A DNA stretch of 64,000 nt from a virus: IMG/VR virus record IMGVR_UViG_3300031991_000033. The stretch is one strand, 5' to 3'. The notes under the pieces are model-generated. The model was not told the DNA's origin and did no database searches. It saw only the letters and a list, made by a program, of their open reading frames with translations. The translations under genes were made by a program, and so were the position numbers. Position 1 is the stretch's first letter. The number at the start of each line of letters is the position of its first letter. Below are positions 48,318 through 56,238 of the stretch, piece after piece.

Positions 48318-48638
48318 TCAAAATCCTTCTTTGACCCAATCAACTTCGGAATATGCAACGCCTTGATTGGAGAGGCATTGAATGTAGTCGTTTAGACTAC
48401 CGTGATTGTCTTTTATGAAACGCAATGTTTTGGGTTCTTGGTTTTGTGAAACCACCCAAGTGAATTCATCCGACAATAGTTTAGACTCAGTGATTATCAC
48501 GCCATGAATTGCTGAGTGGTGCAATAACCGAGTTTTGATGAAACTTACGGCTTCTGAGAAAGAGTGGAAGTAGTAATCTTCAAGATGACCCATCCATTCA
48601 ATGAATCCGTAATACTTTATAGTCCTTCTTTTATCCAT
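48318..48638 (-). CDS. hypothetical protein ending WVKEGF
   Basis: ends SEVDWVKEGF*. Confidence 0.7.
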   Translation of the reverse strand: MDKRRTIKYYGFIEWMGHLEDYYFHSFSEAVSFIKTRLLHHSAIHGVIITESKLLSDEFTWVVSQNQEPKTLRFIKDNHGSLNDYIQCLSNQGVAYSEVDWVKEGF

Positions 48639-48895
48639 TCGTCTGAGTCCATTGGCACATTTTTGACATGTGCAAAGTGTTCAATGTCAGGGATTCCAGA
48701 CTCAGGATGTGGGGTGACTTTGAAGCCAAACACAACTTCTGCACCCTTTACAAGCCCAGATTTCTCTGGTGGCTCGTATCTGTTAGGGAACAAGTCAAGA
48801 CCTATCACACGCTTAAGGTTGTTGGCTTTTACAAGCACAACGCCCTCTCGCCTGTCGATAGTAACAATTTCTCCGTGATGTTCTTTTACAGTCAT
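48617..48895 (-). CDS. small beta-rich (OB-like?) protein ending WIKEGL
   Basis: ATGA coupling to the McsA-like gene; ends DSDEWIKEGL*. Confidence 0.7.
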   Translation of the reverse strand: MTVKEHHGEIVTIDRREGVVLVKANNLKRVIGLDLFPNRYEPPEKSGLVKGAEVVFGFKVTPHPESGIPDIEHFAHVKNVPMDSDEWIKEGL

Positions 48896-49464
48896 TGCTG
48901 TATCTCTTTGAGTTGATTCACGAGAGCAGCCGCTTGTACAAAGTTGCCATGTTCTTTGGCGTGTGCAAGTTTAAGCTTTAACTCTTTGATTTGTTCTTCT
49001 TTGCTCTTGTAACCTTTTGGTTTTTTACCTACATGTTTGGTTCCACCTTGAACCTTTTCTGCAAATTCAAGCACAAGGTCTTCAAAGTGGTCATAACACT
49101 TGGGACATCCAAGTTTTCCTGTCATTGATAGGTTTTCGGAGGTATGTCCACAACTTGGGCAAGGCTCGATATTACCAGCTTCTTGATTTGATGGCAAATC
49201 CTCTGGATCGAGGTCGCCTTGAAGAATTTCCCACAACTGTTCCTGTGTAACAATTTTTGTACCAACAGGTAGTTGTTGAGGCTTTACTGGCATTGTTGGG
49301 GGAAGAACGTCCTGTACTCGTGGTTCATACAAAGGAATTGTTTGTAAGAACGCATCCCGACATTTAGGACACAATTCGATCCCATGAATCGCTCGTCCGT
49401 TACATTTGACTTCGACGACCGATACAACATTTGTAGCTTGCTGACAGTTTGGACAGATTTTCAT
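48892..49464 (-). CDS. McsA-like Zn-finger / UVR-domain protein
   Basis: CPNC..CPKC, CPSCG......TGKLGCPKCY..F, HVGKKP and C-terminal UVR motif (L..A....NF..AA.L..QL). Confidence 0.85.
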   Translation of the reverse strand: MKICPNCQQATNVVSVVEVKCNGRAIHGIELCPKCRDAFLQTIPLYEPRVQDVLPPTMPVKPQQLPVGTKIVTQEQLWEILQGDLDPEDLPSNQEAGNIEPCPSCGHTSENLSMTGKLGCPKCYDHFEDLVLEFAEKVQGGTKHVGKKPKGYKSKEEQIKELKLKLAHAKEHGNFVQAAALVNQLKEIQQ

Positions 49465-49485
49465 AGTGAATCCAGTTTAACAAAG

Positions 49486-50346
49486 TTATGCGTATGGGTC
49501 CAGAGAGTTTGCTCTAAACCTGAAAGTGAAACCATCGTTCTCAACGGGTTCGGCGTCGTCTGTCACGACACGTTTAACCCACACAGGAAAACCTTCTGTT
49601 GGTAGCAATCGAACGATGGTGATTGGAGAATTTTCTGCCGGTCTGTAAAAACCAACACCGGTGGGGACAGCTAACGAACTGTCCAACGCTTCTGCGATGG
49701 AGTTTACAGGACTTCCTTCTTGAAGTACAGCGACAGAAACTTCCGAATCATTATCGAAGTTGTCTGACACGTAAGCGATTAGTTCGTGGTCTTTTTTGTC
49801 ATCGTGACCAGAACCGCCGAGACCGCCGCCGAAGTCTATATCAAAAACGATTTGGTTGTTTAATGCTTGGGCGGTAACTTTGACTTCTCGAAGTACGGCG
49901 TAGTTGTCGTTGTTGACCAAATTGTTTAATTGATTTTGTAAGTCCGTTGCCCAAACGCTGACATCCGAGTTTCGGTTCGAAACAAATTCCAACCCTTCAA
50001 AGGATAAGGTCATTGATCCGGTGTTCGGAATTGGCGATACTGTAAGACGTTGGAGTTCGGTGGCGTCTCGAATTCCCATTTCTACGGAACTTCCGAACTC
50101 TTGCTCTTCCATAATCCATAATCTTACGGTATAAATTGGTGTCGAGCCGTCGTTGAAGATGTAAAAACAACGATAGTCTTCGTAACCACCTTCCTGCTCT
50201 TCTGCCGTAACGTCATCAAACAAATTGTTGATGACTTGGGTTGTGACCGGTGTGTTCGAGGGCAAGCCGCCCAAAGACTGTTCAGGATCGGCGTTGGTCG
50301 CTCCTCCCGACAGGACTATTGAAATATCTGCTTTTGATGTTACCAT
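49486..50346 (-). CDS. probable virion structural protein
   Basis: SGG..N.DP..SLGG, NLFDDV, YRC.YI.N and VWVKR; GGAGGG RBS. Confidence 0.65.
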   Translation of the reverse strand: MVTSKADISIVLSGGATNADPEQSLGGLPSNTPVTTQVINNLFDDVTAEEQEGGYEDYRCFYIFNDGSTPIYTVRLWIMEEQEFGSSVEMGIRDATELQRLTVSPIPNTGSMTLSFEGLEFVSNRNSDVSVWATDLQNQLNNLVNNDNYAVLREVKVTAQALNNQIVFDIDFGGGLGGSGHDDKKDHELIAYVSDNFDNDSEVSVAVLQEGSPVNSIAEALDSSLAVPTGVGFYRPAENSPITIVRLLPTEGFPVWVKRVVTDDAEPVENDGFTFRFRANSLDPYA

Positions 50347-50389
50347 ATTCTCCCTCCATCATATTGGAGTAACTATAAGGAGTTTTGTT

Positions 50390-51142
50390 ATGAAAGAAGT
50401 CAAAGTCGAGTGGATGCTTAAGAAGAAGAGCATTTCGCAAGTTTACAGTTCGGGGTTGGAATACGCCTTTCTGACTGAAAAATTCGAAATGATCCATCAA
50501 CTGGTGTACTGTAAGGACTTCATGCAAGATGCAATTGCAGGATTCTTACAGAATAAGTCCATGTCCATTTACGGTTTCAGCTACAGCCCCAAGACTTGTC
50601 TCCCTATCTATTGGAAGAAGACACGTCTTTTGTTCACCGATTGTACTGATAGGGCAATGCCCAATCGGATTGCTGGTTCTAAGGACTTCTTGAACCAAGT
50701 TGAAAAGCGGCTGAAGATGGTCAGAACACAAATCTACAAGGTTTCTGATCCGCCGAAACAGTACAGTAAGTCCGGTGCTTGGGTGTACGATGCGAGTCCA
50801 CGCTGGATGATCTCGCCGCCCATGATTTCCCTCTACACATTGCTCATGCGTGTCAGCCTTGTTCACAAACAAGGTGATGACTTCATGAAGACGGTTGAAG
50901 GGGTGTCCGCTGGCAAAATCCCAAGTTTGCAAACCGAAGATCAATACCAGATGAAGTCGGCTCAAAAAGCTCTTGGCTGGATTCTGGAAAAGGGCGACAA
51001 GAAGTTGTTCTTCAAGAACGCCATTGACAATTACAAAGACAAGCCGGTCAGTATGATGCACAACGATTTGGGCATTGTTTCTTATGCAACTGGTTGTCCG
51101 AAGAGTGAATTTCCGAAATGGTACGAAGAGATAACTGTATGA
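50390..51142 (+). CDS. hypothetical protein upstream of amidoligase
   Basis: AAGGAG RBS; ATGA coupling to the next gene. Confidence 0.7.
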   Translation: MKEVKVEWMLKKKSISQVYSSGLEYAFLTEKFEMIHQLVYCKDFMQDAIAGFLQNKSMSIYGFSYSPKTCLPIYWKKTRLLFTDCTDRAMPNRIAGSKDFLNQVEKRLKMVRTQIYKVSDPPKQYSKSGAWVYDASPRWMISPPMISLYTLLMRVSLVHKQGDDFMKTVEGVSAGKIPSLQTEDQYQMKSAQKALGWILEKGDKKLFFKNAIDNYKDKPVSMMHNDLGIVSYATGCPKSEFPKWYEEITV

Positions 51143-52083
51143 GCCAGTTTTCGTTTGGAACCGACCCTGAATTCATGTTGAAGAAGGGTAATCGGTATGT
51201 CAGTGCTATACCGATTGTCAACGCAAACCACGAAGCCCCAATTATCAAAGGCGACCATCGCTTTTATTGGGATAATGTGCTTGCTGAGTGTGCTGTCAAG
51301 CCAGCCTTTTCGAAAGAAGAGGCTGTGGCGAACATCGGAGACTGTCTCAAAAAATACGCAGAGATTGTCGCCCCTGCAAAACTTGTAATCCAAGCATCGC
51401 AGACTTACCCCAAGTCTGCCATGAAAGACAAGGGTGCAATGGAAGCTGGTTGTAAGCCCGATAGCTGTGCTTATACAATGCGACTTATGAAAGGAGACCT
51501 CTCTCCAAGAGATCAAGTCGCCAATAGCTCGTTTCGGACTTGCGGCGGACATGTACACATCGGTAGCGAAACTCTTACCGGCGAAGGACCGGAAGCAGTC
51601 TTCTTGATTTATCTCATGGATTTGTTCTTGGGTGTTCCTTCGATTTTCATGGATATCGACGAAACAGCCCCACGACGCCGTACTTTGTACGGACAAGCGG
51701 GACGCTTCCGAGAGAAACCTTATGGTATGGAGTATCGATCACTTAGCAGCTTTTGGCTGTCTAGTCCTGTGTTGGTCGAACTCATCTATGACGTTTCCAA
51801 CTTTGTACTAGAACTTCTGGAAGACGGTCAGAACATCATCGGTTGGGACGAAGACATGTATTGGGACTTGCGTCTCGACAATGTTCCTTTTGGAGAAGCT
51901 TTCCAATTTGTCGATTTTGACAAGAACATTTTGAAGAATTGCATCGATGGAAGCAACCGCAAGATTGCTAAAGAGTTTCTCAACTTTGTCGAAATGCAGA
52001 TGCCTGCCACTCTGTACAACCGTATGAAAAAACAGATGGGTAAAAGGAAACAATACGATCTTTACAAGGAGTGGTCACTATGA
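51139..52083 (+). CDS. phiEco32-like COOH-NH2 ligase (amidoligase type 2)
   Basis: GTDPEF, DNVLAE, GC.PD, R..GGHVHIG and RR.LYG.AG..R.KPYG.EYR.LS. Confidence 0.88.
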   Translation: MSQFSFGTDPEFMLKKGNRYVSAIPIVNANHEAPIIKGDHRFYWDNVLAECAVKPAFSKEEAVANIGDCLKKYAEIVAPAKLVIQASQTYPKSAMKDKGAMEAGCKPDSCAYTMRLMKGDLSPRDQVANSSFRTCGGHVHIGSETLTGEGPEAVFLIYLMDLFLGVPSIFMDIDETAPRRRTLYGQAGRFREKPYGMEYRSLSSFWLSSPVLVELIYDVSNFVLELLEDGQNIIGWDEDMYWDLRLDNVPFGEAFQFVDFDKNILKNCIDGSNRKIAKEFLNFVEMQMPATLYNRMKKQMGKRKQYDLYKEWSL

Positions 52084-52856
52084 ATTGGACAAGAGAAAGA
52101 TACATGCAGTGGATTTTTGAACAAGAACAAAGAGCAAGAGACGAAGCTCGTGAATCACTCGATGTGGAGGAAGGAATGATTAAAAGTTGTCATGTATATT
52201 ACAAAAATGAAAATCCGTATTTCGCCGTGATTTGTATTCCGGGTCGGGCAAATGATGGAGCTTTGTTTGCCAACGAATACTTTACTGAGTCTGGCATTGA
52301 CAATGCAGTTTTTGTTGGTCCAACACCGGATGGTTATGCTTGGTATCCAATGCCTCATGATGCCAAGAATCAGTCGGCAGCATTACAAGGAATCCCAAGG
52401 GCGATCAAAGCTATTGAAGCTGTTCGTGCTGCTGTTGAAAAACGGTTTGATATTCCCAAAAGGCGAACCATCTTGGCTGGATTTTCTGCTGGCGGTGTGA
52501 TGGCAATTCAGACCGCAGCCTACTCGGAAGAACCCTATGCTGGTGTGATTTGTCATAGCGGTGCCATTTTGGAACCGAAAGATTTGCCGATGTGTAAGAA
52601 CCAAGGTTGCCCCGTTCTTCTTACGCATAATCGAGACGACATGTGTTTCGAGTGGTATGAGCGGTTTTTACCGATGAAAGAGGTATTGATTAAGAAGGGG
52701 TGGAAGACTTATACTTTGGAACGAAATAGCGGCGGTCATGTAACCTCATCTGACGATATGAGTGAAGGTGCTTATTTCATCAGACAAGAATGTAGAACTG
52801 TTTCTATTGAAGGCAGTTCCTTCTTCCCTTCAAGATACGAATTGGTTTCCGAATGA
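52080..52856 (+). CDS. alpha/beta hydrolase (phospholipase/carboxylesterase family)
   Basis: AWY, LAGFSAGG nucleophile elbow, H..DD and GGH. Confidence 0.85.
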   Translation: MNWTRERYMQWIFEQEQRARDEARESLDVEEGMIKSCHVYYKNENPYFAVICIPGRANDGALFANEYFTESGIDNAVFVGPTPDGYAWYPMPHDAKNQSAALQGIPRAIKAIEAVRAAVEKRFDIPKRRTILAGFSAGGVMAIQTAAYSEEPYAGVICHSGAILEPKDLPMCKNQGCPVLLTHNRDDMCFEWYERFLPMKEVLIKKGWKTYTLERNSGGHVTSSDDMSEGAYFIRQECRTVSIEGSSFFPSRYELVSE

Positions 52857-53611
52857 CAACTGTCCGAATGAAAGCCAGTGTTAGAGAGTTCGACCAACTT
52901 GTAGGCGAAGGGCTTGAACCCATCGCACTACATCCTGATAGCAAAGTTCCAATCGTAAAAGCTTGGAACGGCGATTGGAATGAGGTCGAACAGCGTGAGT
53001 GGGTTAAACGAGCACGTACAAACATTGGAATTCGCCTTGGTGCGGTCGTGGATGTTGAGGGAGATTCGAAGAAGGCGAATGAGACAATCGCCAAGCTGAT
53101 TGGGGACTTCCCACACCCCGTTTACAAAAGCAAGAAGTCTTTCCACCATCTGTTTCTGAACCCCGATCCTGACTTGAAGATACTCACATACAAGAGTATC
53201 GAGTTTAGAGGCAGAGATCATCAATCAGTTGTGCCGCCGAGCTTTGTCAACGGCGTTACTTACGAGTGGATTCACAAAGAGTTCCCCATCCCCAAGATGC
53301 CGGAAACCTTGCTTAAGTTCTATAATGACATCAAGTCAAGACATGCATCGGGACACGTCCAAATTCGTGCTGGACGTAAAAGACCATATTGCTCTGTCTG
53401 TCGTAAACGAAAGTTCATTCATGCAGACCGTATGTTGTATGAGTTGATGGCGTTCAAAGAACACGATTTGGATTGGCAATGCCACAAATGTCGTGAACTC
53501 GATCTTCGACAACGGGTGCGAGAAATCAAGAAAGTAGTAAAGAACAATGCGAGTATTAGTGACTGGCGGGACTGGATTCGTTGGAAAGAATCTAACACAA
53601 AAACTTCTTGA
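52853..53611 (+). CDS. Prim-Pol domain protein with C-terminal Zn finger
   Basis: P.SK.P, NIGI..G.VVDVE, H.LF and VVPPS....Y.W; CSVC...CHKC. Confidence 0.8.
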   Translation: MTTVRMKASVREFDQLVGEGLEPIALHPDSKVPIVKAWNGDWNEVEQREWVKRARTNIGIRLGAVVDVEGDSKKANETIAKLIGDFPHPVYKSKKSFHHLFLNPDPDLKILTYKSIEFRGRDHQSVVPPSFVNGVTYEWIHKEFPIPKMPETLLKFYNDIKSRHASGHVQIRAGRKRPYCSVCRKRKFIHADRMLYELMAFKEHDLDWQCHKCRELDLRQRVREIKKVVKNNASISDWRDWIRWKESNTKTS

Positions 53612-54416
53612 AGAAGGTCATGATGTCTCTGTGACATCATTTAGTGGAGAAAACTTTCCCGAAGGTGTGTGTGGAATCTATTCAGGTGATCTTACAGAAA
53701 TCAATGATCGCTTTGATGTTGTTTTCCACCAAGCCGCTAACAACGACACAAGAGATATGGATTACGTTCGCATGTTTCGTGCGAACGTCTACGATCCAAT
53801 CATCATGTTCAACAACCTAAGAAAAGCGGGTTGTGTCAAGTTTGTTTATGCTTCGAGCACAGCGGTGTATGGAAACTCACCAGCACCATACACAGAAGAT
53901 ACGCCGGTTGACCCCTTGAACCCATACGCTGAATCAAAACTTGCATTCGATCAGTTTGCGATGGATTTTGCTAAGAAAACCGGAACGTCTGTCATTGGTT
54001 TTCGATATTGCAATGTTTATGGCAAAGGCGAAGAACACAAAGGTTCTCGCATGAGTATGATCAGCCAGATTTACAACAAAGCTCGCAAAGACGAAGTGGT
54101 CAATTTGTTCAAAGATGGAAATCAAAGACGTGATTGGGTACACGTATCTGATGTTGTGAAAGTCAACCGCCTCGCCATGATGTCTTCAAAAACTGGCATC
54201 TATAACATTGGTGGCGGTGCGTCTTACACATTCAAGGAAGTGGTTCAGGCAATAGAAAACGCACTTCAACAAAAAGTTGAAGTGCGTTTTATCGATTGTC
54301 CGTTTGAAGACGAATACCAATCTTATACCGAGTGTGACATCACCAAGGTTGGTGTGGAGTTAGGTTACCACCCTAGTGTGAATCTCAACGAAGGTGTAAG
54401 ATTACTTGGTTTTTGA
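53547..54416 (+). CDS. NAD-dependent epimerase, ADP-glyceromanno-heptose 6-epimerase (HldD/RfaD)-like
   Basis: VTGGTGFVG, YASS.AVYG, PLNPY..SK, RY.NVYG..E.HKG, RDWVHV.DV and YQSYT..D. Confidence 0.85.
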   Translation: MRVLVTGGTGFVGKNLTQKLLEEGHDVSVTSFSGENFPEGVCGIYSGDLTEINDRFDVVFHQAANNDTRDMDYVRMFRANVYDPIIMFNNLRKAGCVKFVYASSTAVYGNSPAPYTEDTPVDPLNPYAESKLAFDQFAMDFAKKTGTSVIGFRYCNVYGKGEEHKGSRMSMISQIYNKARKDEVVNLFKDGNQRRDWVHVSDVVKVNRLAMMSSKTGIYNIGGGASYTFKEVVQAIENALQQKVEVRFIDCPFEDEYQSYTECDITKVGVELGYHPSVNLNEGVRLLGF

Positions 54417-55268
54417 TTTCTGCCATTCTACGAATTCGTGGAATGAAGGAACCCCTTCAACAGCACCGTAGCCAAAGAAATCGGTCTTAACACGACCTTC
54501 GTCGTCACCGATTCCACCAACACGACCTTGCGGAGCGTGTCCTACATTACCCGGAGCGGCACCAGTCTGATCACCTAATCCAACATTTGGATTAGATGGC
54601 GGAAGAACTGCGTCTTCCTTCAGATCAACTTTGCGAACTTTGCCAGCGGCATTTTTCATGAAGTCTGCCCAGAAGTTTTCTTTAACTTCTTTGACGCCCT
54701 TCTTCATGTATTTCTTGTCAGAAGAACAAGAGCCGCACATATTCTTTTTGGACTCACCGAAGGCTGGTTTCTTACCAAATAGGCTGCTCATGCCGCCCAT
54801 GTCGTCTTCGTCTTCCATGTCATCTTCAAGATCATCTTCGCCGTCGAGATCATCTTCACCATCCATGTCGTCGAGATCACCCATCTCGTCGTCCATTTCG
54901 TCGCCCATGTCGTCGAGACCACCCATCTCGTCGCCCATGTCCATCTCTTCTTCACCGCCCATGCCAAGGTGGTCTCTTCCGCCCATGCCTGCGAGCGATT
55001 GCATGTCATCCATCTCGTCTGGTGGGAATGGAGCATCGCCTGCGTCGTCCATTTCATCACCCATCTCATCGTCGCCCATACCGTCTACATCGACCTCTGG
55101 ACCCATCTCGTCTTCCATGCCCTCTTCATCATCGAGTTCATCTGGACGAAGACCCATTTCTGCAAGTTTACTGCCAGCGACTCCGATAGAACGTAAAGGG
55201 GTCACTCCCAAAGCCATCGGACCTCCGAGGCTTTCGTTAATCAGCTTATATGTTTTGTAAGAAATCAT
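54402..55268 (-). CDS. very acidic Asp/Met/Gly low-complexity protein
   Basis: MISYKTYKLINE start; DDMGDEM-type repeats. Confidence 0.8.
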   Translation of the reverse strand: MISYKTYKLINESLGGPMALGVTPLRSIGVAGSKLAEMGLRPDELDDEEGMEDEMGPEVDVDGMGDDEMGDEMDDAGDAPFPPDEMDDMQSLAGMGGRDHLGMGGEEEMDMGDEMGGLDDMGDEMDDEMGDLDDMDGEDDLDGEDDLEDDMEDEDDMGGMSSLFGKKPAFGESKKNMCGSCSSDKKYMKKGVKEVKENFWADFMKNAAGKVRKVDLKEDAVLPPSNPNVGLGDQTGAAPGNVGHAPQGRVGGIGDDEGRVKTDFFGYGAVEGVPSFHEFVEWQKSKTK

Positions 55269-55365
55269 AATTCCTCTTCTCCACACTCGGTTACTACGAG
55301 GGTAAATAGATCGATACACAATTACCCCTTGTTACCGTATATACCTCTCAGACGGAGAATTTGTA

Positions 55366-55779
55366 ATGGCTAATCAACTTTACCGCAAAGCGAAACAAAA
55401 GTTTCTACAAGGAATGATCGCTTGGGAACTGGACGTTATTAAATGTGTACTGGTAGACACGGGGGTCTACACGCCAGATTTAGTGAACGACGAGTACCTT
55501 TCTAATATACCTTATGCGGCACGAGTTGCTATTTCACCACGATTGGTGAATATGTCTGCATTTAATGGAATTGCCGATGCTGGCGATGTAACAATTCCAG
55601 CGGTAACGGGTTCTTCTTTTGAAGCAATTGTGATTTTCAAGGATACGGCAAATGAGTTGACTTCCCCTTTGATCGTCTACATCGACGAAACGGCAGACAT
55701 TGAATTACCGGTAGTGCCAATGGGCACTCCTGTTACAATCAATTGGCCGGATACAGCAAACAAAATTTTCCGATTGTAA
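55366..55779 (+). CDS. probable virion (tail-associated) protein
   Basis: GGAG RBS; TATATA upstream; MAN.LY...K..FL...I.W pattern. Confidence 0.7.
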   Translation: MANQLYRKAKQKFLQGMIAWELDVIKCVLVDTGVYTPDLVNDEYLSNIPYAARVAISPRLVNMSAFNGIADAGDVTIPAVTGSSFEAIVIFKDTANELTSPLIVYIDETADIELPVVPMGTPVTINWPDTANKIFRL

Positions 55780-55788
55780 GGAGCAAGA

Positions 55789-56235
55789 ATGGCGATTCTA
55801 AGATACAGAGACGGCGAAACCGTCACAACTCTTCTGAGCACTGAATTGAATGCTATGGCAAACGGTGCCAGAGTGCTTTCAGACCCTCATGACAACACTT
55901 CAGATTTGGATGTTTACGCAGATTTCGAACTTTTGGTGAAATACAGTGTGGCTCCAAGCAATGGTACTAAAGTAGTAGAACTATACATTGTTCCGACAAT
56001 CGATGATATCAACTACGCTGAAGGTTCGATATCAGTGATTCCGCAACGTTATTTGTTGATTGGCATTTTTGAAACAGTCAACCCAAGCATTTCATCGTTT
56101 GAACGCTTGATCATACCAAATGTTGTAATTCCACCAAGAAATTTTAAGGTACTTATAAGGAACACTTCGGGTCAAGATTTTGCGGCAACCGGTAATACGT
56201 TGCGAATGAAAAAGTTCAAGCTCGAAAGTATCTGA
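55789..56235 (+). CDS. probable virion protein
   Basis: AAGGAG RBS; in the structural operon. Confidence 0.65.
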   Translation: MAILRYRDGETVTTLLSTELNAMANGARVLSDPHDNTSDLDVYADFELLVKYSVAPSNGTKVVELYIVPTIDDINYAEGSISVIPQRYLLIGIFETVNPSISSFERLIIPNVVIPPRNFKVLIRNTSGQDFAATGNTLRMKKFKLESI

Positions 56236-56238
56236 TGC

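Noticed and set aside
12341-48637. The WxKEGF motif as merely a Shine-Dalgarno by-product (aaggaagga before a coupled ATG)
   Set aside because: This may contribute at coupled junctions. It does not explain the invariant in-frame Trp, the synonymous variation, or the copies at 25792 and 47470 that have no gene starting downstream.
54631-55260. Ser-rich plus-strand ORF
   Set aside because: It is the antisense reading of the Asp/Met repeat gene.
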